A stretch of DNA of 64,000 bases, taken from assembly GCA_050287085.1 (NCBI GenBank), contig JBNKBE010000006.1, positions 10,281-74,280 on the forward strand. The letters are read 5' to 3'. This document shows positions 1 through 9,124 of this stretch, piece by piece (position 1 is the stretch's first letter; every line of letters begins with the position of its first letter). A model generated the notes under the pieces. That model saw only the letters and a list, made by a program, of their open reading frames with translations, ran no database searches and was not told where the DNA came from. Position numbers and translations under genes: made by a program. The stretch comes from Polyangiaceae bacterium. Lineage in GTDB: Bacteria > Myxococcota_A > Polyangia > Polyangiales > Polyangiaceae.

Positions 1-2
1 TC

Positions 3-1058
3 TTAGATGGAGAGCCTTTTGATCTCATCTTATGTGACCTCCGCATGCCGGGGTGTGACGGGATCGAAACCCTGCGGCTCTTCGCTGAACGCAATATTCG
101 CTCCTCCATCGTGCTGCTCAGTGGCTCCGATGCTCGGCTCCTACGCTCAGCTAAGGAGCTGGGGCGCAGTCGTGGTCTTGCCGTCATCGGCACCCTCACC
201 AAACCCATCTCGCTGCTGGACCTGGAGGACTTGCTCTTCTCCATGTCCTCGGGCCCGCGGCCCGCAAAAGCCCGACGGATTGAGCTGCAGAGCTCTTCCG
301 AGCTGCAAAGCGCCCTCGAGCGCGGCGAGCTACGACTTCACTACCAACCCCAGCTCGACCTCCGGACCCAGGTGTTGACAGGGGTGGAGGCCCTCGTTCG
401 CTGGGAACACCCCGAGCGGGGTTTGGTCATGCCCGACACCTTCATTCCCGTGGCGGAAGAGTCTGGGCTTATCGAACCGCTTACAGAATGGGTTGTGTGT
501 GAGGCGATCAATCAGGCCAGCCGCTGGCGCAGAGCAGGACTGGCCGTCGGCGTTTCCGTCAACCTCTCGGCCAGAACCCTGAAACGTCTGGATCTCCCCG
601 ATCGCCTGGCCGCATTCTTGCTCGACGCAGGGCTTGCGCCCGCGGAAATCACCCTCGAGGTCACGGAAAGCGGAGTCTCCGACGACATCGAGGCCCTGCT
701 GGACATCACGACTCGCCTTCGGCTCAAGGGCTTTCCGCTGTCGATCGACGACTTCGGCACCGGTTTCTCCAATCTCGAGCAGCTCCAACACCTGCCCTTC
801 AGTGAACTCAAACTCGATCGACGCTTCGTACACGCCTCGCTCACTGAGCCGGACGCCGCGTCCATGCTGCGCGCCTCCGTCGACCTCGCCAAGCAGCTCC
901 AACTGGAAACGGTCGCCGAGGGTATCGAGAGCGAAGCCGAATGGGCGCTGCTCGAGCGATTGGGGGTTGAGCGCGGTCAGGGTTTCTACATGGCGCGACC
1001 GATGCCAGGTGCCGATCTCGAAGGCTGGCTCACCTCCTGGCGAAGCCAAGTTGCCTAG
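3..1058 (+). CDS. Response regulator receiver + EAL c-di-GMP phosphodiesterase (5' end truncated by window edge)
   Basis: Frame is open from position 3 (FDLILCDLRMPGCDG receiver motif, LTKP). EAL motifs EALVRW, SVNLS, LEVTES, IDDFGTG, LKLD, VAEGIE and QGFY are all present. Confidence 0.92.
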   Translation, partial: LDGEPFDLILCDLRMPGCDGIETLRLFAERNIRSSIVLLSGSDARLLRSAKELGRSRGLAVIGTLTKPISLLDLEDLLFSMSSGPRPAKARRIELQSSSELQSALERGELRLHYQPQLDLRTQVLTGVEALVRWEHPERGLVMPDTFIPVAEESGLIEPLTEWVVCEAINQASRWRRAGLAVGVSVNLSARTLKRLDLPDRLAAFLLDAGLAPAEITLEVTESGVSDDIEALLDITTRLRLKGFPLSIDDFGTGFSNLEQLQHLPFSELKLDRRFVHASLTEPDAASMLRASVDLAKQLQLETVAEGIESEAEWALLERLGVERGQGFYMARPMPGADLEGWLTSWRSQVA

Positions 1059-1081
1059 AGCCAGGGCACAGCTCTCAGTAG

Positions 1082-1121
1082 CCTAGAACCTCGGAAACCT
1101 AGAACCTCATAAACCTAGAAC
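1082..1121. repeat. Tandem 16-bp duplication overlapping a stop codon
   Basis: CCTAGAACCTCGGAAA, CCTAGAACCTCATAAA, CCTAGAAC. The last copy holds the minus-strand TAG at 1115-1117. Confidence 0.8.
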
Positions 1122-1867
1122 AGGTAGTGCACTTCGAGGCGGGCGCGAGCGCGGTCGAAGTAGTCCAGGGTCGCCCCGCGCAGTCGCCGCGCCACCAGCC
1201 AGCGATGCAGGTCAGCCCGAACAGCTTGGTATTCGCCGCGAAATGGCGCTCGCCCAGAGCGATACAGATTGCGCAGCTCCTGCTCTGTGGGATTGAGCAT
1301 AGGCGCCACCATGCGGTCGAGATACAAACTGGCTCGGGCTCGTCGCTGGGTCACCCGCAGAAGCTCGACGCGCGAAAGCCCTTCCGCCGCCAACGACTGA
1401 TCCAGCGCGTTGCGCCCTCCCACGCGCAGGGCCAAGGCAAGTTCGGCGGTCCGCGCACGCTCAGCCACTTCAGCCTCACTGGGGCCGGGCGTCACCTCCA
1501 GCGCCGATAGAATCTCCTCGGCGATATGACGCTCAACGGCAGCCCGCACGTGGCGCTCGCGGTAGGGGCGGCTCTGCCCAGGGCGAAAGCCGGGCTCCGT
1601 CAAAGCCTCGAGGCGCGCCTCGAAAGCAAGCTCCCGCTCGAGGATGAAACGGGGAGCGTCGGTTCCGCCTAGCTCGGAGGCCGTGAAGCGCACCACGGCG
1701 CGCTCTACCGGCTCTGCGGCAAGCGACGCACTGGCGCCGAGACAAGCAACGCCGAGGCAAGCAACGCCCCACGTGAAGGCCAACGCTTGCCGCCGTCTCA
1801 CGACCCGCGGAAGCTCCGCTGAGGGGCCGCGGCCCCCCGAGGCTCGACGCGAGGTCACTGTGCACAC
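1115..1867 (-). CDS. Exported hypothetical protein, possibly SurA N-terminal-like helical chaperone fold
   Basis: Signal-peptide-like RRRQALAFTWGVACLGVACLGASASLAA followed by a helical domain. Start uncertain (GTG at 1867 or 1801). Directly downstream of the UPF0158 gene. Confidence 0.55.
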   Translation of the reverse strand: MCTVTSRRASGGRGPSAELPRVVRRRQALAFTWGVACLGVACLGASASLAAEPVERAVVRFTASELGGTDAPRFILERELAFEARLEALTEPGFRPGQSRPYRERHVRAAVERHIAEEILSALEVTPGPSEAEVAERARTAELALALRVGGRNALDQSLAAEGLSRVELLRVTQRRARASLYLDRMVAPMLNPTEQELRNLYRSGRAPFRGEYQAVRADLHRWLVARRLRGATLDYFDRARARLEVHYLF

Positions 1868-1871
1868 CCGC

Positions 1872-2627
1872 TCAATGTACGACGGTTGATCCCTTATTTT
1901 CTTCCACGGGGCGCACAGCCACGTCTTCCTTGGCGGCACTGCCCTCCGCTTCGCTCTCGTCCGCAGGTCCGCTCTTGGTGCCCGGTGGGATCCCCGGCCC
2001 CCGACGCGAACGAACGAATTCGACAAAAACCAAGACCCGGTCCAGGTCCTTTGGCGCCAGCCCCTCGAGCGCCTCTTCGATCCGACGCCGGGTTGCTTCG
2101 GCCCCCCGCGGGCGGCGGGCGGCGTTCTCTTCCGGCGGCAGCGGCGAAGCCTCTGAATCGCTGGGCCAAACCTTGCGCTCGACGGCGACGAGGGCATGGG
2201 CCGTCAGCCAAGCTTCCATGAACACGCGCAGACGCTCGCTGCGAAACACAAACCATCGCTCGCGCTCTGCGCTATGCGCCATCAGCACGTCCTTGAAGCG
2301 ACGGAAGGCGCCTTTGCCGTCGATGGCGCGCATGAGCAACCCCTTTAGAGCGCCGTCTTCGACCATCTGAATGAAGCGCTCCATCCAGCGGTACTGCTCG
2401 CGAGAGCTGACGGATTCGACGCGCAGATAGTCCGGCTCGGAAACGATCCGAGCGTGCATCTCGGGATCCGCCACCCCATCGACGATACGCAGGACCTCCC
2501 CGGAGCCAAGATGCAGGTAGCTATGCACTTCCGGCGCGTTGTTTTCGAAAGCATCTTCCAGCGCCTCCCAATCAATGGGGATACTCCGCGGAGCCTCTCG
2601 CTTGTCGTTCGTTCGCTCGTTGCGCAT
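1872..2627 (-). CDS. UPF0158 family protein
   Basis: IDWEALEDAFE...SYLHLGSGEV...EQYRWMERFI...AIDGKGAFRRFKDVL pattern. ATG at 2627 lies just after the glpK stop. Confidence 0.85.
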   Translation of the reverse strand: MRNERTNDKREAPRSIPIDWEALEDAFENNAPEVHSYLHLGSGEVLRIVDGVADPEMHARIVSEPDYLRVESVSSREQYRWMERFIQMVEDGALKGLLMRAIDGKGAFRRFKDVLMAHSAERERWFVFRSERLRVFMEAWLTAHALVAVERKVWPSDSEASPLPPEENAARRPRGAEATRRRIEEALEGLAPKDLDRVLVFVEFVRSRRGPGIPPGTKSGPADESEAEGSAAKEDVAVRPVEENKGSTVVH

Positions 2628-2634
2628 AGTCCAA

Positions 2635-4143
2635 CTACTTCGTCTTCTCGGCCACTCGCTCGCAGCCCGCCATGACCTGATCGATAGCGCGAGCCCAACG
2701 CCGACGCTCGCGTTCTCGTTCAGACTCGGACATAGTGCCATCGAATTGCCGTGGGGTCCGGATCATTTCTCGCGCTATCTCATCGGTCGTGAACCAGCCG
2801 GCGCCTACGCCTGCCAGCCAGGCCGCGCCTCGAGCCGTGGACTCGAGCTCCTGAGGACGCTGCACCGCTAGCCCGGAGATCCCCGCCTGCAGCTCCAGCA
2901 ACAGGTCGTTGGCAGCGGCGCCACCGTCCACGAGTAAACGCTCCCCCAGGCCGCCCGCGGTTCGGCTCATCGACCGAAGAAGATCGTCCACCTGGAAGGC
3001 AATCGCCTCGAGCGTCGCGCGAGCGACGTGAGCCCGCGTCGTACCCCGCGTGATGCCGCTCAGCATGCCCGTCGCCTCTGGACGCCAATAGGGGGCCGCA
3101 AGGCCCGCCAACGCGGGGACAAAGACCACCCCCCCCGCGTCAGGAACGCTGCGAGCCAGCGCCTCCACTTCGCCCGCGCTATCGAAGAGCCCAAGCCCGT
3201 CGCGCAGCCACTGCACGGCTGCCCCCGCAATGAAGCAACTGCCCTCGAGCGCGTAGGCCACCTCGTCCTGAAGTTGCCAGGCGATCGTCGTGAGCAAACC
3301 TTCGTCGCTGAACACGGGAGCGTTGCCCGTATTGGTCAACACAAATGCGCCCGTACCATAGGTACATTTGGCGTCTCCTGCCCTAAAACAACCCTGCCCA
3401 AAGAGGGCGGCGTGCTGGTCCCCTGCAACCCCATAGATCGGAATGCCGTCGGGCAAGAACGCCACCCCACGGGTTGCTCCAAACGCACCCGCGCTAGGCC
3501 GAACCTCGGCCAAAGCCGCGCGTGGGACCTCGAAGAGTTCACATAGCTCCGGCACCCAGGTCCGGCTGCGCAAGTCCAGAAGCTGCGTCCGGCACGCGTT
3601 GGTCACATCGGTGAGGTGTTCCCCGCCCGTCAATTTGAAGAGCAAGAAGCCGTCGATGGTTCCGAGGCATAAGCGGCCTCGAGCCGCCGCGTCCGCCACC
3701 GGCTGACTGTTCTGCAGCAACCAGCGAAACTTGGAAGCGGAGAAATAGGGGTCGATGACCAGCCCTGTGCGCTCGCGCAAGAACGCGCCCTGTCCGTCCG
3801 CTTCCAGTTCCTGACAGAACTCGGCCGTGCGCCGATCTTGCCAGACGATCGCGTGATGCAGGGGCGCACCGTCGTCGCGATCCCAAGCCACCGCCGTCTC
3901 GCGTTGATTGGTCAACCCTATGGCAGCGATGTGCCCTGCAGCAGGAGCGTCGGCCAGGGCACCTTGCACCGCAAGTCGCACACTATTCCATACCTCTACC
4001 ACATCGTGCTCGACCCAACCCGGCCGCGGGTAGTGCTGCGAGAACTCGACGTTGCAGCGACCGCGCACCGTCCCAGCGCGGTCCACCACCACAGCCGTCG
4101 TGCCCGTCGTCCCCTGATCGACCGCCAGGATGAACTCGCTCAT
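2635..4143 (-). CDS. glpK: Glycerol kinase
   Basis: DQGTTGT, TNQRET, AIVWQDRRT, DPYFSASK, GDQHAALFG, KCTYGTG, YALEGS, VDGGAAAN. Confidence 0.97.
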   Translation of the reverse strand: MSEFILAVDQGTTGTTAVVVDRAGTVRGRCNVEFSQHYPRPGWVEHDVVEVWNSVRLAVQGALADAPAAGHIAAIGLTNQRETAVAWDRDDGAPLHHAIVWQDRRTAEFCQELEADGQGAFLRERTGLVIDPYFSASKFRWLLQNSQPVADAAARGRLCLGTIDGFLLFKLTGGEHLTDVTNACRTQLLDLRSRTWVPELCELFEVPRAALAEVRPSAGAFGATRGVAFLPDGIPIYGVAGDQHAALFGQGCFRAGDAKCTYGTGAFVLTNTGNAPVFSDEGLLTTIAWQLQDEVAYALEGSCFIAGAAVQWLRDGLGLFDSAGEVEALARSVPDAGGVVFVPALAGLAAPYWRPEATGMLSGITRGTTRAHVARATLEAIAFQVDDLLRSMSRTAGGLGERLLVDGGAAANDLLLELQAGISGLAVQRPQELESTARGAAWLAGVGAGWFTTDEIAREMIRTPRQFDGTMSESERERERRRWARAIDQVMAGCERVAEKTK

Positions 4144-4149
4144 GCCCGC

Positions 4150-4178
4150 ACCGTAGCTCCCCAGCCGGTCCAGCTCAA
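4150..4178 (-). promoter_or_regulatory. Putative sigma70 promoter of glpK (leaderless-type)
   Basis: Minus strand reads TTGAGC-17 nt-TACGGT-6 nt-ATG. Confidence 0.55.
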
Positions 4179-4254
4179 GGCGGACCCGGCCCGAGGCGCC
4201 GCTTGCGCGTGTACAAAAGCTCCCGGCTCGCTTTTAGCCTTTCACCTGTTTGAC

Positions 4255-4283
4255 TTGTACCGCGCTGCCCGCGACGGTAGCCT
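4255..4283 (+). promoter_or_regulatory. Putative sigma70 promoter of the adenylate cyclase gene (leaderless-type)
   Basis: TTGTAC-17 nt-TAGCCT-8 nt-ATG(4292). Confidence 0.5.
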
Positions 4284-4291
4284 GCTCCAAC

Positions 4292-6043
4292 ATGGCGCGG
4301 TTAGTGCTTACAACGCCCGAAGGGCAGCAGACCGTCGACCTGCGGCCGCGCAACACGCTTGGGCGACACCCAAACAACTCGATCCAGCTGCTCGACAAGA
4401 TCGTCTCCAAGGAGCATTGCGTCATCGTCGAGCGCGGCGGAGCTTACGTGCTGCAGGACCTCGGCAGCCTCAACGGGACTTTCGTGGGCGGCGAGCGCGT
4501 GGTCGGCGAGCGGGAGCTCGTCGACGGCGACGAGATAGCCATGGGCTCCACGCGTGCTCGCTTCATTGCGGGCCTGCCGCACGCCAATCCCCCGAATGCT
4601 TCGTGGCCTGCGCCCGCCCAGCCCGCTGGCTTGTCGCCGCTGGAAAGTGCACACACCTTCCAGCTCCCCCCGGGCGGGCCGACGGGCACGCAGCCGATCC
4701 CAGCGCAGACCCGTCATCTCGCAAACCAAACGCGCGTGGACATGAGCGACGCCGGGCGCGCCATCGGCAATCAGATCGACGCGACGGCCCACGGCTTTCA
4801 GACCTACGCGGAACTCGCAAACAACCCTGCACAGCTGTCGGCCGACTACGAGCGACTGCGACTCTCCCACGAGCTTTCGCGAGAGATCGCACTCGAGCGC
4901 GACCTTCACTCCCTGCTCAACAAGATTCTGCAGAGCGTCTTTCGCTTCATCAGGGCAGACCGTGGGGTAATTTTCCTACGCGACGCGGCACAAGGTGGCG
5001 AGCTCCTGCCCTGCGCGAGCCTGCGCCGCGACGGCTCAAGCGACGCCATCAGCGTCTCGCAGACCATTCTGCAACACGTCATGCGCGAGCGAGCGACGGT
5101 GTTGACCCACGACGCAGCCATGGACTTTGCCGGCTCCCAGGGGCGCAGCATGATCTTGCACCGCATCAGCTCGGCAATCGTCGCGCCGCTGCTGCACAAC
5201 GACGACCTGCTCGGCGTGTTGTGGCTCGACAGCGAGACGCTGGCGCAGTTCCAAGCCAAAGATCTCGAAATGGTGACGTCGATCGCCGCCCAAGCGGCGA
5301 TGTTCATCGAGATCAACATCTTGGGTCGCAAGCTGCAGCAGGAAGCCGTAACCCGAGAACGCTTCAGCCGACTGCTCTCGCCCAACGTCGCCGAGAAGGT
5401 ATTGTCCGGCGACATGATCGTCGAAAAAGGCGGTCAGCTCGTCGATTGCACCGTCTTCAACTCGGACATCCGGGGTTTCACTCGGATGAGCGAAGGTGCT
5501 GACCCTGAAGCCGTGGTGGAACTGCTGAACGAGTACTTCGAACACATGGTGGAGACGATCTTCCGTTTCGAGGGTACGCTCGACAAGTTCATGGGTGACG
5601 GCATCATGGCCTTGTGGGGCGCGCCTGTTGCCCATCCGGACGATGCGCCCCGCGCTGTGGCGTCTGCGATCGAACAACTGCGACTGCTGAGTGAACTGAA
5701 CACCCGACGACGGGGTTCAACCCAATTGCCCCCCATTGAAATCGGCATCGGAATCCACACCGGCAAGGTGGTGGCGGGCTACATCGGAAGCTCGCGGGCG
5801 CTCTCGTACACGGTCATCGGCGACACCGCCAATACCAGCGCACGACTCTGTGGCGTTGCCGGGCCGGGGCAGCTCCTGGTGAGCGAAGCCACCTTGGCGG
5901 AGCTGGGCGCGATGTTTCAGTACCGCGAGCTAGAGCCCGTTCAGCTGAAGGGCAAGCGGAGCCCCTTCCGCATCTTCGAGATCTTACACAACCCCGCGCT
6001 GGCTCAGGTCCCCGCTGGCCTATCGTCGCGACCGCCGGGCTAA
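4292..6043 (+). CDS. FHA-GAF-class III adenylate/guanylate cyclase
   Basis: FHA (LGRHPNN, VSKEHC, DLGSLNGT), GAF domain, and cyclase motifs SDIRGFT, DKFMGDG, GIGIHTG, YTVIGDTANTSARL. Confidence 0.93.
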   Translation: MARLVLTTPEGQQTVDLRPRNTLGRHPNNSIQLLDKIVSKEHCVIVERGGAYVLQDLGSLNGTFVGGERVVGERELVDGDEIAMGSTRARFIAGLPHANPPNASWPAPAQPAGLSPLESAHTFQLPPGGPTGTQPIPAQTRHLANQTRVDMSDAGRAIGNQIDATAHGFQTYAELANNPAQLSADYERLRLSHELSREIALERDLHSLLNKILQSVFRFIRADRGVIFLRDAAQGGELLPCASLRRDGSSDAISVSQTILQHVMRERATVLTHDAAMDFAGSQGRSMILHRISSAIVAPLLHNDDLLGVLWLDSETLAQFQAKDLEMVTSIAAQAAMFIEINILGRKLQQEAVTRERFSRLLSPNVAEKVLSGDMIVEKGGQLVDCTVFNSDIRGFTRMSEGADPEAVVELLNEYFEHMVETIFRFEGTLDKFMGDGIMALWGAPVAHPDDAPRAVASAIEQLRLLSELNTRRRGSTQLPPIEIGIGIHTGKVVAGYIGSSRALSYTVIGDTANTSARLCGVAGPGQLLVSEATLAELGAMFQYRELEPVQLKGKRSPFRIFEILHNPALAQVPAGLSSRPPG

Positions 6044-6063
6044 GCCGGGCTAAGCCGGGCTAA
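6034..6063. repeat. Tandem 10-bp repeat x3 containing the cyclase stop codon
   Basis: GCCGGGCTAA x3. The first TAA (6041-6043) is the stop codon. Confidence 0.9.
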
Positions 6064-6175
6064 ACGGGGTGGGAAGTAAACAGGCGAGTAAAGTGCGAGG
6101 GTGAAACCGCGGCGAAACCTGCGGAGAAGCGGGATGACCCCGGCGGTCAAAAGCTGTTTGGCGACGATTGTTTCG

Positions 6176-6205
6176 TTGACGCCCGGATTTGCGAACGGAT
6201 AGAGT
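6176..6205 (+). promoter_or_regulatory. Putative sigma70 promoter in the long intergenic region upstream of gap
   Basis: TTGACG-18 nt-TAGAGT. Confidence 0.4.
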
Positions 6206-6814
6206 CACGCTCAAATGAGAGTTCGGGGTCTTTAGCGCTCCGACCGCAGGCGCTGCAGTCGCGGGCGCCACACAACCGCAAGCCCTAGCACCCCGTATTC
6301 CTACGCCCTCCCAAGCCCATCGTCCATTCACGCGCCATTGCCCGCTTGGGGCGGCGAGCGCCATTGCCCCGGGGTATCGCCTCGAATCGCCGTGCTTGTG
6401 GGAATCGCGGTATCCCCTGGAATCGCGGTGGGGGTCTTACACTGCCATCAGGTCCGTGAAGAGACCTCAGAGGGAGCGACGGCAAAGGGTTTCCGTGACG
6501 GAGTGCAGTTCTGGGGTCGACGCTTCACTTCGGCCATGGCACAAGCCGCGGGGCCTTTCACGGGGCTCGCGACAGACGTCACCGATACCCTTGAGGTCGG
6601 CCCCCGTCGGAAACTAAGTCATCGCGCGACTTGCTTGGGCTCCGGCCCCGCGAAGGCTACACCAGGGCGGGATTTCAGCGTCGCCGTTTCGTGGCTGAAA
6701 CGGAACGCGCTCTAGGCAGCCAGAGCTGGTAACGCTAGGGCTCAGTCCCTCGACCCGAGAAACGCAATTGGGAGCCACAGCGCTCGAAAACCGAAAGAGA
6801 ATCAGGAGAATATC

Positions 6815-7834
6815 ATGGCAATAAAGGTTGGTATCAACGGCTTCGGTCGCATTGGACGCTGCGTGCTTCGCGCCATTCACGAACGCGGTTTGGCGGGTGA
6901 AATCGAAGTGGTGGGCATCAACGACCTCACCGATCCGAAGACCCTGGCGCACCTGCTCAAGTACGACTCTGTCCACCGTACCTTCAAGGCCGCACCGGTC
7001 TCCTCGTCGAAAGACGGCATCGTCGTCGGCGACAAGGAGATTCGCGTCTCTTCGGTCCGTTCCCCCGCAGAGCTTCCGTGGAAAGAACTCGGTGCCGACG
7101 TTGTGCTCGAGTGCACCGGCCTGTTCACGACCGGCGAAGATGCCGCGGGCCACCTCAAGGCGGGCGCCAGCAAGGTCATCATCAGTGCTCCGGCCAAGGG
7201 TCACGACCTCACCGTCGTCATGGGCGTCAACCAAGACCAATACGACGCCTCCAAGCACAACATCATCTCCAACGGCTCATGCACGACCAACTGCCTGGCC
7301 CCGGTGGCCAAGGTGCTGCTCGATGAGTTCGGAATCAAGCGCGGCTTGATGACCACTGTGCACTCCTACACCAACGACCAGGCCGTCCTGGATGTACCCC
7401 ACCGCAAGGGCGATCTGCGCCGTGCGCGCGCCGCCGCCGTCAGCATGATCCCGACGAGCACGGGTGCCGCCGCCGCGGTGAGCCAAGTCATCCCCGCGCT
7501 GACCGGCAAGTTTGACGGTCTGGCCGTACGCGTTCCAACCATGGACGTCTCGTTGGTCGACCTATCGCTCGAGACCGAAAAGACCGTCACGGTCGACTCG
7601 ATCAACGCGGCGGTGGCCAAGGCGGCCGAAAGCGCCGCCATGAAGGGCTTCCTCTACTACAGCGACGAGCCACTCGTTTCGAGCGACTACATCGGTCATC
7701 CAGGCTCCAGCATCTTCGACGGCACCATGACCAAGGTCATGGGTGACAACTTCGCGAAGGTCTTCTCGTGGTACGACAACGAGTGGGGCTTTTCCAACCG
7801 CATGGTTGATATCACCAAACTGCTCGCAGGCTGA
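6815..7834 (+). CDS. gap: Glyceraldehyde-3-phosphate dehydrogenase, type I
   Basis: GINGFGRIGR, catalytic SCTTNCLAP, WYDNEWGFS. Strong RBS (AGGAG) upstream. Confidence 0.98.
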   Translation: MAIKVGINGFGRIGRCVLRAIHERGLAGEIEVVGINDLTDPKTLAHLLKYDSVHRTFKAAPVSSSKDGIVVGDKEIRVSSVRSPAELPWKELGADVVLECTGLFTTGEDAAGHLKAGASKVIISAPAKGHDLTVVMGVNQDQYDASKHNIISNGSCTTNCLAPVAKVLLDEFGIKRGLMTTVHSYTNDQAVLDVPHRKGDLRRARAAAVSMIPTSTGAAAAVSQVIPALTGKFDGLAVRVPTMDVSLVDLSLETEKTVTVDSINAAVAKAAESAAMKGFLYYSDEPLVSSDYIGHPGSSIFDGTMTKVMGDNFAKVFSWYDNEWGFSNRMVDITKLLAG

Positions 7835-7968
7835 ACCTGCCGGCACGGTAGCGGGGGGCGTGCTGAACACTCATCAGGCCCCCGCGACCCAAAGCGAAGC
7901 GATCGCCGCCAAGAGTCGAGACATGAGCTCTTCCTTCGGCGGTCGCTTCTGCTAGGTTGCCGCCCCCC

Positions 7969-9063
7969 ATGTTCCAGTTCAAAGGCCTCCGGCGCCTCGA
8001 AGACCTCGAGGTGACCAAGAATCGCGTACTTCTGCGCGCCGACCTCAACTGTCCGCTCGCACCCGATGGGTCGGTTGCCGACGACACCAAGCTACTAGCA
8101 GCGGTCCCCACCCTGAAGCAGCTGCTCGACGCAGAAGCGCAGGTCCTGATTGCAGCGCACCAGAACCCCCTTAGCGCCGACCAAAAAGCACCGAGCCTAG
8201 CGGCCGCTGCGGAGCGACTCGCCGAACTCACCGGAGTCGAGATCTTGCTCCCGGAACGCAACAGTCGCTTGCTGATCAATCGGCTGCTGGTCGACGCTGC
8301 GGGTGGACGTATCGTTCTGCTCGAGAATCTGCTGACCGAACCCGGTGAACTGACCGGCGATGACGGTTTGGCTCGACGGCTGGTCGAAGGCGCTCATTTC
8401 TATATCGGAGACTGCCTAGAAGCTCCGACAAGCGGCGCAAGCACCACCCGGGCGCCCAAGTTTTGTTCCGAGCGAGCGATGGGCATTGCGCTCGAACAAG
8501 AGCTGCTCTGGCTCCAGGAGTTTGAGTCGGTGCCTGCCGCGCAGCGCGCATTTGTACTGGGCGGCCCCTTCGACGAGGTGGAAGGTCCACTGCGCCGGCT
8601 CATGCGCCAGGGCCATACCGTCTGCGTGGGGGGCGATGCGGGGTTGCTCTTGGCACAAACGGAGGCCGGCACCTGCGACGGCCCCGAGGCGGCACGGGCC
8701 CGCACGCTGCTGGCCTCGGCACGCGACGCCGGTATCCAGCTGCTCCTGCCATCATCGGGTAAACGCGGAACGCGCCTTTTTTCAGCCGAAGCCCTAGCCA
8801 CGTTGAACGATAAGCTTAGCCGTGCCGCTATGGTGCTGGTGGGCGGCGAGCTGGACTCCGCGGGTAGCACCGCCACGTTGTGCCAGCTGCTCTGCGACTC
8901 AACACGGGTCGTTCTGGCGCTCCCCAACCCCCGCGCGCGTGGACTGGTGCCGCAGCCAGCGCCCAGCGGTCTGGCTTTTGTTTCGGCCGCCGGCACCGAG
9001 CTCCTTCGGCTGTTCTGCGGCTACAACTCCCCCGTGGTTGAGACCCTCCGCATGCCGAGTTAG
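7969..9063 (+). CDS. Phosphoglycerate kinase-fold protein, highly degenerate (probable pseudo-enzyme)
   Basis: Lies between gap and tpiA. Residual PGK scaffold is visible (RVLLRADLNCP, DDTKL, VLLENL, FVLGG, VCVGG, FVSAAG...PVVETL), but catalytic and ligand residues are substituted. Confidence 0.85.
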   Translation: MFQFKGLRRLEDLEVTKNRVLLRADLNCPLAPDGSVADDTKLLAAVPTLKQLLDAEAQVLIAAHQNPLSADQKAPSLAAAAERLAELTGVEILLPERNSRLLINRLLVDAAGGRIVLLENLLTEPGELTGDDGLARRLVEGAHFYIGDCLEAPTSGASTTRAPKFCSERAMGIALEQELLWLQEFESVPAAQRAFVLGGPFDEVEGPLRRLMRQGHTVCVGGDAGLLLAQTEAGTCDGPEAARARTLLASARDAGIQLLLPSSGKRGTRLFSAEALATLNDKLSRAAMVLVGGELDSAGSTATLCQLLCDSTRVVLALPNPRARGLVPQPAPSGLAFVSAAGTELLRLFCGYNSPVVETLRMPS

Positions 9064-9124
9064 GGTCTCGAAACGCCCCCCTGCCCCGCCGTCCAAAGCG
9101 ATGGCCGAAAAGAAAGACACGCCC

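Noticed and set aside
3838..5502. Long alternative-frame ORF (554 aa) and many similar shadow ORFs in the track
   Set aside because: Arg/Pro/Ala-rich shadows of well-supported genes, expected at high GC
6446..6470. TCAGGTCCG resembling the SRP RNA core
   Set aside because: The required GNRA-GGAAGCAGC continuation is absent
6475..6520. GGCAAA suggesting a c-di-GMP-I riboswitch
   Set aside because: Lacks the GNRA-capped P2 stem and the downstream GCAAAG/receptor elements
7969..9063. Calling this a normal pgk, or a frameshifted pseudogene
   Set aside because: Ligand-binding motifs are lost throughout, yet the frame is intact and PGK-like from start to end
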